A DNA stretch of 64,000 nt from Candidatus Bathyarchaeota archaeon (GTDB taxonomy: Archaea; Thermoproteota; Bathyarchaeia; Bathyarchaeales; Bathycorpusculaceae). Below the pieces are notes generated by a model. It was not told where the DNA came from, made no database searches, and worked only from the letters and a program-made list of their open reading frames with translations. The stretch lies in the NCBI GenBank assembly GCA_963780185.1, contig CAWABA010000009.1, forward strand, positions 32,001-96,000. The letters run 5' to 3'. Below, piece by piece: positions 40,020 to 49,672 of the stretch (position 1 is the first letter of the stretch; the number at the start of each line of letters is the position of its first letter). The translations under genes and the position numbers were made by a program.

Positions 40020-40134
40020 TGCGTTTCACACTTTGCATCATGATATCCTTTGGGTATTTAAAACAACCGAAGAACAGGACAGGTTGCAGAGTGGAGAGGT
40101 GACTGAAAGTGAAGTTTCTTTTTTTTGCGAGTTA

Positions 40135-40183
40135 GTCAAGAAACCTTGACTAAAAAATACCCGTTTAGTCAAGAAACGTTGAC
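40135..40183 (+). promoter_or_regulatory. Paired GTCAAG-AAAC-(C/G)TTGAC boxes upstream of TATA (site 4)
   Basis: Boxes 40135-40150 (extends to TTAGTCAAG-AAAC-CTTGACTAA) and 40168-40183, then TACAAAGC TTTTAAC. Confidence 0.8.
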
Positions 40184-40229
40184 TACAAAGCTTTTAACGG
40201 CAAAAAAAGGATTAGAGAACGGTGGAAAA

Positions 40230-40535
40230 ATGAAGAAGCCTCTCATTGCGCTGCTGCTCTTCCTCTTGGCTACGGCATTAAGCGAAATGGTGGTTGCTAA
40301 TGCCCTCCAAACATCCCACATCCCTGTCCTGCCGCAGCCAGCCTCCGTCACGAAACCTGTCTCTGTTGCAAAGGCTTCTTCTTTGCCGTCGCCGTTTATA
40401 GTTGCAGCCTGGATAGTTGGGTTAGTGGCTATTTTCGGTGCTCTCCTTTCTCTTTTCTTCCGGCGGCGACGTGCAAATCCACCTGACGGCAAAAGGGTGG
40501 GTGAGCGTTTTTGGGCTATCGACAGTTATGGCTGA
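40230..40535 (+). CDS. Small secreted/membrane-anchored protein
   Basis: MKKPLIALLLF signal peptide, P/S linker, TM + RRRR. Confidence 0.7.
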   Translation: MKKPLIALLLFLLATALSEMVVANALQTSHIPVLPQPASVTKPVSVAKASSLPSPFIVAAWIVGLVAIFGALLSLFFRRRRANPPDGKRVGERFWAIDSYG

Positions 40536-40575
40536 CGCTGGTTTGTATTTGTTTGCTTTAGGTTTTAGCTGGGTT

Positions 40576-40857
40576 TTATTCTTTGCATTGTTTGAGGTCG
40601 CGTAGTTCAGCTATTGACTTGTTTAGGATTGCTGTGTCTTGGAATGTTTTGACGGTGGATACTGGCAGGCAGACGACTACTTTGCCGAGAAATGGCCTTT
40701 TGAAGCCCAGCGACCGGGTTGCTTCATCAGTTAAAGCCACGTAGAAACTCGTTATCTGCCAACTGATTATGTCCACTTCAGCACTTTCTATTTCGCCTAG
40801 CAGAAAGGCGTCGGAGGTGAAAGCTTTTTTCCAGAAGAATCTTGTAATTTCAACCAT
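40576..40857 (-). CDS. PRC-barrel-like small protein
   Basis: KAFTSDAFLLGEIESAEVD..SWQIT...LPVSTVKTFQDTAIL. Confidence 0.6.
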   Translation of the reverse strand: MVEITRFFWKKAFTSDAFLLGEIESAEVDIISWQITSFYVALTDEATRSLGFKRPFLGKVVVCLPVSTVKTFQDTAILNKSIAELRDLKQCKE

Positions 40858-40965
40858 AATAAAACCACTATGCTAATTTACGTACACCTATATTTGTTTG
40901 TCGGCAACGATTGCTTGCAGAAGCCTTTTTTACCTGCCAAAAACATAATCTTAAGTGGCGATTTT

Positions 40966-41349
40966 TTGTCTGATTCTCAGAACCAAGCTGTCAAGCTAAC
41001 TCAACAGGAAGAACGGGTTATTGTGAATAAAGGCACCGAAGCGCCCTTCACAGGTAAATACTTCGCTTTTTGGGATAAAGGCACCTACGTCTGCAAACGC
41101 TGCCGCACGCCGCTTTACCGTTCAGAGCGCAAGTTTGAGGCGAACTGCGGGTGGCCAAGCTTCGATGAGGAAATCCCAGGCGCTGTCAAACGGAAGCCTG
41201 ACCCTGACGGGGTTCGCACCGAGATTGAATGCGCTAACTGCGGAGCACACCTTGGACATGTGTTCACAGGCGAGCACTTCACTGAGAAAGACACTAGGCA
41301 TTGCGTTAACAGCATCAGCATGGACTTTATCCCTGACAAGAAAGAGTAG
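40966..41349 (+). CDS. msrB: Peptide methionine-R-sulfoxide reductase
   Basis: GTEAPFTG, CKRC, CGWPSF, CANCGAHLGHVF, RHCVNS. Confidence 0.95.
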   Translation: MSDSQNQAVKLTQQEERVIVNKGTEAPFTGKYFAFWDKGTYVCKRCRTPLYRSERKFEANCGWPSFDEEIPGAVKRKPDPDGVRTEIECANCGAHLGHVFTGEHFTEKDTRHCVNSISMDFIPDKKE

Positions 41350-41372
41350 CTGCCACTAAGAAAAAGCAGTGT

Positions 41373-41567
41373 GGATCCCATTTTTACTTTTGGTTTTTGT
41401 TGTAAATAGTAGACCCTCTCCCGTCGTCGGTCGGTTTTTGTCTAGGCTTGATTTGGGTTGATTTTTGGTTTTAGGCTGGGATTATTTGAGATGTTGACGT
41501 GTCGGGGCGGTGGGAAAAGAGGGTTTTCCGTTTAGGTTTTTGTAATATTACAAAAGTTTCGCCGCAG
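41373..41567. repeat. Dispersed intergenic repeat family B, copy 2
   Basis: GGATCC...TAAATAGTAGACCCTCTCCCGTCGTCGGTCGG...GGCTTGATTTGGGTTG, collinear with 7651-7812. Confidence 0.8.
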
Positions 41568-41660
41568 CCCATTTGGTGTTGTATCGGGGTTTTTGGGCGG
41601 TGCAATTTTTTAGAAGAGCTTAAAAGCAAACTCCGATAACATGCTGATAGAGACAAAAAA

Positions 41661-42584
41661 ATGTTTACCTGCTTTAAGTTTCTCCAAACCGAGAGCCCGA
41701 ACTTGCCTGAGCAGCCAGCCCCAAATACAAAACGCTCTCGACGCTTCAGAAAGAGATTCTATGTGCCATTAGCCGCCGTAATCGTGATCGTGGCAATCGT
41801 TGGTGCCTTGATGATTCCTCAAGGAGCCGCATCAATACCGCTAACCGTGAGCTACAACGTCGGCGAAAAAATGGTTTACAACACTAAGGACTCCATCGGC
41901 TATTCATTTGCAAACTCGTCTTTATCTAATTTTGGTCTTAATAATTCAACGATGGTTGGACAAGAAACCATGGATGTGTTAAGTTTCGACGGGCAATTCT
42001 ATACTATAAACAACACCGTATCAATGACTGTAATGAACAGACCCCTCAGTGTTTCGATGCTTGAAAAAATGAACAATACAGGCTACTCCGCATTTATTTA
42101 CACATTAGGAAACACCACCGAAGACATCCCTAACGGCTTATTCGATAAAACACAATTTACCCAACTCTTAAATCAGCCCGTCGTTAAAGTTGGCGATTCC
42201 GTCACCATTCCAGTATCCTCCTTAGGAAATTTCTCGACATCAAATATGCACGCCACAGGAGGTTTAACGCTGACGTTCAAGGGAATCCAAAGCCTCACCG
42301 TACCCGCTGGAACGTACAAAGTGTTCAGAGTAGACTTAACCAGCAACATGGCGACGACAATCAAGTTGGCAACATTTTCACAAAATGGGTTTAACTCTTA
42401 TCCTCTGAAATACACAACTGAAACCACCTCATCCAGCATAACGGAACAGATGTACTTTGAATACGGCGCTATGAGGCAAATAGAAACGACAACTCATGGA
42501 ACCTCTATTTTTGAATCCTCAACACAAAACTACACATCCACAATTACAGGCAGCTCCATCCTCAGCCAAGACATCAACCCATAA
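41661..42584 (+). CDS. Membrane-anchored extracellular protein
   Basis: Basic N-terminus + TM; LTVPAGTYKVFRV motif; T/S/N-rich. Confidence 0.75.
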   Translation: MFTCFKFLQTESPNLPEQPAPNTKRSRRFRKRFYVPLAAVIVIVAIVGALMIPQGAASIPLTVSYNVGEKMVYNTKDSIGYSFANSSLSNFGLNNSTMVGQETMDVLSFDGQFYTINNTVSMTVMNRPLSVSMLEKMNNTGYSAFIYTLGNTTEDIPNGLFDKTQFTQLLNQPVVKVGDSVTIPVSSLGNFSTSNMHATGGLTLTFKGIQSLTVPAGTYKVFRVDLTSNMATTIKLATFSQNGFNSYPLKYTTETTSSSITEQMYFEYGAMRQIETTTHGTSIFESSTQNYTSTITGSSILSQDINP

Positions 42585-42696
42585 AAGCCATCATTCTCTT
42601 TTTTCTTGGCATATTCTTGAGAAGAGCAGCTTTTGGTAGAGGGAAACCTAACTACTAAATATTGCAGCCTCCAAGTTAATTGTGGACGCTTAAATT

Positions 42697-43031
42697 ATGA
42701 GCAAAAAAGATTCATCTAATTTCATTGCCAAGGTCTCAAGCCTTGTGGATATGATTAGTTATCAGGAAGGCTCAGTTGTTAGCCGCACTTTAATCGACAA
42801 AAAAGCGGGGACAGTTACCCTTTTCGCGTTCGACCAAAACCAAGGCTTAAGCGAGCACACCGCACCCTACGACGCGTTAGTTTATGTCCTCGACGGCGAA
42901 GTCGAAGTCACAATATCAGGCAAGCCTCTGACGCTCAGGCAGGGAGAAATAACCCTGTTGCCCGCCAACCAACCCCACGCACTCGCAGCCAAAAACGATT
43001 CAAAATGCTCCTCACCATGATAAAATCCTAA
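42697..43031 (+). CDS. Cupin domain protein (C-terminal frameshift)
   Basis: VSRTL...LFAFDQNQGLSEHTAP...PANQPHAL. Confidence 0.85.
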
Positions 43032-43645
43032 CCAAAACTGCCGCCCCACCTATCCCTAAAACAGTAATCACCAACCCGCTTCCTTTGCGGTGCCGTTGGC
43101 TCTTCAGCAGGGTACCCCAAAGCAATCAAAGCCTCAGGTTCAACATCTCTAGGAATCCCAAGCGTTTCTCGAATGGTTTCTTTGCAGAAACTCGGTGCAC
43201 AGAACCAGCATGCCCCTAAACCCAAAGAATGAGCCGCCAACAACACGTTCTGCAACGCAGCCGCTAAGCTCTGTAACGCCAAATCCCTCTCCAGCATTTG
43301 CCTTTCAGCATCGGGAAGCATCGCCATGCCCTCCATAGAGAAACACGCAAGAACCAACGCAGGCGCCTCAGCGAACCGTTCAACCCGAAGCCTAACTGTC
43401 TCAGGCTCAACTTTAGCGTCGTCTTTAGCCATGTCTGTAGCCCAAGCCTTCGCCATAGCCTCCGCCAGCCGCCTCTTAACTAGCGGGTCAGATAAAACGA
43501 TGAACCGCCACGGTTGAGCGTTATGCGCCGACGGAGCCCACCCAGCAGCCTCCAAAACCTCCCTGATTAGCTCATCTGAAACGGAGCGGGCTTGATACTT
43601 CCTGACACTGCGCCTCTCCCTAAGATCATCCAACAAAGGTGACAT
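43028..43645 (-). CDS. Nitroreductase family protein (FbiB C-terminal-like)
   Basis: RRSVRKY, APSAHNAQPWRF, GLGACWFCAP, LGYP. Confidence 0.9.
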   Translation of the reverse strand: MSPLLDDLRERRSVRKYQARSVSDELIREVLEAAGWAPSAHNAQPWRFIVLSDPLVKRRLAEAMAKAWATDMAKDDAKVEPETVRLRVERFAEAPALVLACFSMEGMAMLPDAERQMLERDLALQSLAAALQNVLLAAHSLGLGACWFCAPSFCKETIRETLGIPRDVEPEALIALGYPAEEPTAPQRKRVGDYCFRDRWGGSFG

Positions 43646-43702
43646 GAAAGATTGTATGTCGGCAACTCTTTTTATCTCTTAAGCAAAAAACATACAGCTT
43701 TG

Positions 43703-44993
43703 TTATTGATGCCTATGTTTCTTAACGTAGATGAGCAAAGTAGCCGCCGCTACGACGACTATTGCGGCTCCCGAAATAACAGCAACGGTTACGGTTGGAA
43801 AGGGTTCGGGCAGTGCAACAATGAAATTGATAGTTTGTGAGGAGCCGACGTTTCCGAATGTGTCGTTGGCGTAGACTATTATGTTATGCGAACCGTTAGA
43901 TAGCCCAGTTATGGTTGTGTTTCCAGATAAGGTTATGTTTTGCTCTCCATCAAGGCTATAGCTTGTCCAATTAAAGGGCTTATTTACTGTGAAGAGTACG
44001 AGAACGCTGGACTCGTGATACGTTTGATTCATCGGTGACAAGAGCGTTATTTTGGGTGAAGTATGCTCTATTGCATAAGCAGGGTTGGGCGTTCCGTAAC
44101 CGATTGGGGTGTATTGTTCGTTTACGTTTGTTGGGCCAAAACCACCAATCGCGTATAAGATATCGTTTGAAACTGCTAGCCCAAAATCAGTTCGCGGTGT
44201 GGGCATGGCTGCGGCTTTTGTCCAACTGTCATTCGCAGGGTTGTATACTTCGTTGACCTTGGAACCCATCACATAAACGTTTATTGGAGCATTAATGCCT
44301 GAAGTTTCCGCAGCAGCACCATCCTGTACATCGGTTTTCAAAGTTTTGTTGTTGACGTTAATCTGCAACAGGGTTGTAGGGTTACCGTTCTGATACCATG
44401 AATATAGGGGAAGTGCTGTTGTGTTGCTCCATGAATCAGTGGTTATATCATAAACCCAGCCAAAACCAATTCCCTTTACGAGAATCAGACCACCAACCGC
44501 TTCTGCCCCAAGGTACATATCTCCTATGGGCATAGGCGCAAGAGTTTGCCAAGAATTCGTAGCTATATCGTAGACCTCGTTGATTGAAGAGATGGCTGGT
44601 CCCCATAAATAATCAGCCGCCGGTTCTTGTTCCCAGCCAATTTGGGCCTCCAATGCAATAAATCTTGCCTTGGTAGGCAGCTATCGCAAAATAACTTCTT
44701 GCAACTGGCATAGGTGCCTTGTAAGTCCAGACACCTGTTGTAATATTGTATTCCTCATTGGTTCCCAAGAAGCCACCTGAGCCCGTACTTGAGGGGTACT
44801 CAGATGTTGCGCCGCCGATAGCATAAACTGCACCATTTACTGCTACAACGCCTAAACCGCCTCTTGCTTGATTCATCGGTGACAGTTTGGTCCATGAATT
44901 CCCTGCCGCAGAGTTCGCAGAAGCAGGGGTAGCCACAAGTATGCATGACGCTATGAATAGGATAGCGAGGGTTAGGGCGAGGGCTTTGCTCAT
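43703..44993 (-). CDS. Secreted Kelch-repeat protein with Ig-like domain and TM anchor (frameshift ~44645)
   Basis: W..LSPM..AR..LG...YAIGG Kelch units; YSLDG...GSHNIIVYANDTFGN; PEPFP + TM + KKHRH. Confidence 0.85.
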
Positions 44994-45042
44994 GCTTTTC
45001 CCGTGAAGTACGATGCTGCCTATTGTGGATTAAAGGGTTTTT

Positions 45043-45092
45043 GTATAGGTTTCTGAACTAAGCGCGGAGAGGGTTAGTCAAGGTTTCTGGAC
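45043..45092 (-). promoter_or_regulatory. Paired degenerate GTCAAG-N4-CTTGAC boxes upstream of TATA (site 5)
   Basis: GTATAGGTTTCTGAAC (45043-45058) and GTCAAGGTTTCTGGAC (45077-45092); 8 bp to TTTAAT on minus strand. Confidence 0.65.
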
Positions 45093-45242
45093 AAACAACG
45101 CGCAGAGCACCGTTTGAGCGCGTTGGGTTCTGTTGGGGTCCAAATTGGCTTTTGGCGGTTGTCCCAGCCAGTTTTCTTATCGGTAAGTCGCCATTAACCT
45201 TAAAGTCGCGTGTGTGACTCGTAATGGGACGAGGGGAGTTGT

Positions 45243-45395
45243 GTGAGTAGTAATCGGGAAAATAGTTATCGAATAGACATAGGCGCGTTTGGCGCGATTT
45301 CTGTTGAGGCTCCAAGCAAAGAGGAATGTCTTGAACTCTTCAAAGAAGTTACAAGAACCAGAAAAGAATCAAAGATCGAGCAAGCAATCGTTTAG
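45243..45395 (+). CDS. Possible small protein (50 aa)
   Basis: GTG start after GAGGGGAG; MSSNRENSYRIDIGAFGAISVEAPSKEECLELFKEV... Confidence 0.4.
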   Translation: MSSNRENSYRIDIGAFGAISVEAPSKEECLELFKEVTRTRKESKIEQAIV

Positions 45396-45621
45396 GGTTT
45401 GTTGGGCTCTAAAATAACTTTTAGGGATTGCCCTGCTTCAGCCATCAAACGGAAACCTTCCTGCGCCTCACTCAGCGGAAGCCTATTGCGTAATAATATC
45501 TTTTACGTCAAGCATTTTCGTGGTCAAACCGAAGCGTCTTCAAAAAAGCCGACGTTCTAAAACTTAGAGCTAAATAGGAATATTGGGTAAGTTCAGGCGG
45601 CTGCGGCGGTGATATGTATAA

Positions 45622-46122
45622 ATGAAGAAAGCCCGGGTAGCTTTAGTCTGTGTTGCGGTGATGGTTTTGGCTATTGCAGTTTATTTTCTTGAGCCCCAGG
45701 TTTGGTATCGGCAAGCGACAATTTACCGTTACGAACAGCAGAATGGAAACTGGGCTACCTTCGATTATCTGACCAACTCGACGTCAAACGGAGTCTTCAC
45801 CGACGTCTACTGCCAAAACAGGGGCGCATTCAACTGCAAATTCGATTTGGTGGTTCAGTTGACAGGCGCAACCTTCATCCAAAACAGCTCAAATCCTCAA
45901 ATAAGCCTGCAAAAAGCTGTGCTGCCAGTTAATCTCCGCAGCGGGCAAACACACGACACTCGCCTGTACTTTTCAATCGACCAAAACGTCACAATCTTCA
46001 ATATATCAATCGATGTGAAGCCAAATCAACTGTTCATGCGTTCAACCAACAGCATGTGGGATGGCCAGAACCCTCTGCCCTACTTTGAATCACCCTACGG
46101 GTTTGAAGCAGACCCTTACTAA
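45622..46122 (+). CDS. Membrane-anchored extracellular protein
   Basis: N-terminal TM, beta-rich body with sequons; GGTGA RBS. Confidence 0.75.
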   Translation: MKKARVALVCVAVMVLAIAVYFLEPQVWYRQATIYRYEQQNGNWATFDYLTNSTSNGVFTDVYCQNRGAFNCKFDLVVQLTGATFIQNSSNPQISLQKAVLPVNLRSGQTHDTRLYFSIDQNVTIFNISIDVKPNQLFMRSTNSMWDGQNPLPYFESPYGFEADPY

Positions 46123-46152
46123 TTACAGAGGTAAAAAAGCCATTTGGCAATC

Positions 46153-47190
46153 TTATGGCTTGTTGGGTTGCAGTATGACTTTTAGTGAATTGCCTGCCTC
46201 AGCCATTAGTCGGAAGCCTTCTTGTGCTTCGGTGAGTGGCAGCTTGTGGGTTATCATGTCTTTGATGTTGAGCTGTTTTGTCGCCAAAACTTTGAGTGAG
46301 TCTTCGAGGTCGTTGGGTGCGGCGCCGTAGCTGGTCTGCATCTTGATTTCGTTTCTCCAGAACTGGTTAATCGGCACGGGCAGCTTCACGGAGGGGTCGG
46401 GTACGGCAAAGAAGAGGATGGTGCCGCCGTTGTCCACGCATTCCATGGCTGACAGCGCCGCGGAGGTGGCGCCTGTGCAGACGATTACTTGGTCGGCTAA
46501 TCTTCCGTCGTTGGCTTCTTTGAGTTGGGCTGGCAAGTTGTCTTTGGCGTTTAGGGCGTGGGTTGCGCCGAATTTTTTGGCAAGCTCCAGCCGATAAGGG
46601 TTAATGTCGGCGACGACGATGTTTTTTAAGCCTTTGAACTTGGCAAGCTGCGCATGCAGGATTCCTGCGATGCCGCTGCCGATAATCAGCACCGTATCGT
46701 CTTTTTTCAAGTCAGCCAAGCGTTGGCCTCGTGAAACACAAGCCAGAGGCTCGATGAAGGTGCCTTCTTCATAGGACATGTCGTCGGGCAGCTTGTAGAT
46801 GCCGAAGTCAATGTTGATTTTTGGAACGCGGATGTACTGGGAGAAGCCGCCGGGGTAATAGTTGGTTGTGTGTAGGGTGTGGCAAGCCGTGTTGAAGCCT
46901 CTTTTGCAGTAACGGCACTTGTTGCATGGTACGTGATGTGAAACGAAAACTCGGTCGCCCACCTTGAGGCTTCGGACTTTGCCGCCGACTTTGTCGATGA
47001 CGCCTGTTGCCTCATGACCCAAAACAAGCGGAGCCTTAGGCACACGGTACCACTCGATTACGTCGCTGCCGCAGATGCCGCTTGCCATAACTTTAAGCAA
47101 CGCCTCATCCTCGCCGATTTGGGGAATCGGCACGTCTTGGATGCGGACATCATGGTTATTGTAGTAGACGGCGGTCAGCACGGTTTTCAC
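46153..47190 (-). CDS. Zinc-dependent alcohol/polyol dehydrogenase (MDR)
   Basis: GICGSD, GHE, CNKCRYC...C, EPLAC, GSGIAG. Confidence 0.92.
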   Translation of the reverse strand: MKTVLTAVYYNNHDVRIQDVPIPQIGEDEALLKVMASGICGSDVIEWYRVPKAPLVLGHEATGVIDKVGGKVRSLKVGDRVFVSHHVPCNKCRYCKRGFNTACHTLHTTNYYPGGFSQYIRVPKINIDFGIYKLPDDMSYEEGTFIEPLACVSRGQRLADLKKDDTVLIIGSGIAGILHAQLAKFKGLKNIVVADINPYRLELAKKFGATHALNAKDNLPAQLKEANDGRLADQVIVCTGATSAALSAMECVDNGGTILFFAVPDPSVKLPVPINQFWRNEIKMQTSYGAAPNDLEDSLKVLATKQLNIKDMITHKLPLTEAQEGFRLMAEAGNSLKVILQPNKP

Positions 47191-47209
47191 CGAAAAAGAG
47201 TTGTGCTGG

Positions 47210-48004
47210 TTAGGCTTTGCCAGCTTTTACTTGGTTGTAGAGGTCCATTGCTTCCTGCGGAGTGTAGCCGTCGTGGACAACTGCCCTCAACCCCCGTATG
47301 GCTGCGACTGGACACTCGGTTTGCCAAACGTTCCTGCCTAGGTTGACGCCGATTGCGCCTGCCTGCATGCCCGCGTAAACGAAGTCGAAAGTTTCCTTCT
47401 GGGTTTCAGTTTTGGGTCCGCCTGCCATAACCACTGGCACTGGGCATCCCTCGACAACCTTGTGGAAATTCTCGCAGTAGTAGGTTTTGACGACGCGTGC
47501 GCCGATTTCCGCGGAAATTCTGGCTGCAAGCGCTAAGTAGCGTGCTTCGCGTTTTTCAAGTTCTTTCCCAACTGCGGAAACTGCCATAACTGGGATTCCG
47601 TAGTCTTCGCATTCGTCGACGAGTTTTGCCAGGTTGCTTAGGCTTTTGTTTTCGTATTTGCTGCCGACGAACACTGACATCGAGACGGCGGAAGCGTTCA
47701 GCCGAAGGATTTCCTGCATGGATGTGACGATGCTTTCATTAGCTAAATCTTCGCCGACAACGGAGACCGCGCCTGAAACACGCATGATGATGGGTTTCTC
47801 GATTGCGGGGTCAACGCAGTTGCGCAGGATGCCGCGGGTTAACATTAGGGCGTCTGCGTACTGGTAAATCGGTTTGATTGTTTCGCCTGGCTTCTCAAGG
47901 CAATGGGTTGGTCCTTGGAAGTAGCCGTGGTCAACGGGTAAAAAGAGTGCTTTTCCGTCTTTCTGGATAAGTCGGCTTAACCTGTTTTTCATACCCCACT
48001 CCAT
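47210..48004 (-). CDS. lsrF: LsrF-like thiolase / DhnA-type class I aldolase family
   Basis: MEWGMKNRLSR...DHGYFQGPT, AVGKE, KTYYC, VPVVMAGGPK, GRNVWQ. Confidence 0.82.
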   Translation of the reverse strand: MEWGMKNRLSRLIQKDGKALFLPVDHGYFQGPTHCLEKPGETIKPIYQYADALMLTRGILRNCVDPAIEKPIIMRVSGAVSVVGEDLANESIVTSMQEILRLNASAVSMSVFVGSKYENKSLSNLAKLVDECEDYGIPVMAVSAVGKELEKREARYLALAARISAEIGARVVKTYYCENFHKVVEGCPVPVVMAGGPKTETQKETFDFVYAGMQAGAIGVNLGRNVWQTECPVAAIRGLRAVVHDGYTPQEAMDLYNQVKAGKA

Positions 48005-48428
48005 AATGATTTCTCCGAATGGACTTCTTTACTCTAAGGAATAAATAACCTTTTCCCGCAAGAACCCTACTGCTCTCGGTCGCTTGCCCCTTTAGAATCA
48101 CGTAGATTTTCAGTTGAATTAAATTTTGTCTTTATGGCGACTTAATCTTTCTTGAAGGATTCTTTCCCTCTCTCTTTTTTCAAGCCCAGACAGCAGAGCC
48201 ATCGCCGCAACGGCAGGCAACCGCCCAACTTTTCTCAGCAATTTCATAATGAAGCCTTCCCCTTTGCTCCAAACAAACCTGATGTTACGCGGTATTAAGC
48301 AGTATTTCGATACCTGAAATATTCCAGTTTCAACTAAGAGTTGCTTTTTAGAAGATAGTAATCTGGGTTTTCATTTCGAAATAACCTATAAAAAACCTAA
48401 AAGCGGTCATCGCTGCCCGTCGGTTTCT

Positions 48429-49253
48429 TCATGCACTTATATTGACTCGAGCTGCGGTTTTCTTTCGTTTTATCACGATTGTTGCTGCGGCTGCCGCTGA
48501 AGCTGCAATGACGGATGCCGTGACGGCAAAGAAGAGCGCATTCGATGCGGGTCGAGGCTGAGGGTTTGATGCGGCGGCTGGCGTCGTTTGGTTGGCTGTG
48601 GCTATTGGTGTCGGAGGGGCGGATGTCGGGGCCGATGTAGGGTTTTCATTGGGCTGCGGTAGCGGAACGTAGGTTGGCAGGGTGTCTGGTGGCATGTAAG
48701 CGTTTGCTGTGGATGCGTCGTCTGGGTACCCTTGGTTTTCTGTTGTGCCCAGGAAGTTGTAGTTTACGAGTTGGATTTGGGTGAGGTCACTTATCCATTT
48801 GTAGCCCCAGTTGAGCGGCACAACAAGTTGCAGTCCGCTTATTGGGTTGCTGTTGAATTGGTAAGCGACTATGATGTCGCTGTCTTGCGTCACCAACTGG
48901 ACGGTTAAGTCTGTGCTGTAGCCGTCGGTTGCGAAGAACGCTATTTTGAGGGCGTCTGAGGAAACGTTTGCTTGCTGTAGCAGGTAATTGAGTGGGACGC
49001 CTGTCCAGTTACCTTTTTGTATGGGGCTGGTGGCTGAAGCTACGCAGAATAGTTGGGCGTATTCGGTGGTTTTGGGCATGGCTTGGATGTCGGTGAGGGT
49101 TAGGGTGAGGGGGTTTGCGACGAGTCCTGTGATCGTTAGTTGTCCTGTTTGGTTGGAGGTTTGGGCGTTTGCTGTGGGTAGTTTTGCTCCGTAGGTTATG
49201 AGGGCTAAAGTGGTGAGAATCATTATTGTGATGGTGAAGGTTTTTTTGTTCAT
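48429..49253 (-). CDS. Surface-anchored sulfite oxidase/MsrP-like molybdopterin-domain protein
   Basis: LTITGLVANPL, LFCV, WTGVPL, ATDGYST, LVVP..WGYKW; signal peptide, PT linker, C-terminal TM + KRKK. Confidence 0.8.
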   Translation of the reverse strand: MNKKTFTITIMILTTLALITYGAKLPTANAQTSNQTGQLTITGLVANPLTLTLTDIQAMPKTTEYAQLFCVASATSPIQKGNWTGVPLNYLLQQANVSSDALKIAFFATDGYSTDLTVQLVTQDSDIIVAYQFNSNPISGLQLVVPLNWGYKWISDLTQIQLVNYNFLGTTENQGYPDDASTANAYMPPDTLPTYVPLPQPNENPTSAPTSAPPTPIATANQTTPAAASNPQPRPASNALFFAVTASVIAASAAAAATIVIKRKKTAARVNISA

Positions 49254-49371
49254 TAAATAACCGCGTGGTGCATTCAGTATATGACACGTGGAATATTTAA
49301 GCAGCTAGCAAAAAACAGTTGAGTCACCATCAACCAACTCAGCAATTGACTCACACTGGACCTGCCACTCT

Positions 49372-49587
49372 TCATTTTGAACACGGCTTCAAAATCAAAT
49401 AGCCATGCTCAATGAGCCAGTGATGAAACTGCCAAGTCGTATACAAGCAGCCACTACTGCACCTATGCCTTGTCTGCTCGTAAGCAGGCGAACCCTCTGA
49501 AAGCGCGTTAAGCTCCATCTGAACAGGGCACTTCACGTCCTTGCAGAATTCCCTCCGCTTATACTCTGCGAACCCTTCAACAGTCAT
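49372..49587 (-). CDS. Small Cys/His-rich protein
   Basis: EFCKDVKCP...C...C.YTTWQFHHWL. Confidence 0.65.
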   Translation of the reverse strand: MTVEGFAEYKRREFCKDVKCPVQMELNALSEGSPAYEQTRHRCSSGCLYTTWQFHHWLIEHGYLILKPCSK

Positions 49588-49672
49588 TTTCCATCGAAGC
49601 CTAACTCGGCTTTAAGCCTAATAAGCCTTGTTTTGAGCATGCTTTTAAGGTGGGTTTTCGATTTGTTGCTGT

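Noticed and set aside
40135-40183. Palindromes as an SOS-like operator of the divergent radA
   Set aside because: Orientation and 8-bp TATA spacing match the plus-strand secreted gene and four loci unrelated to DNA repair.
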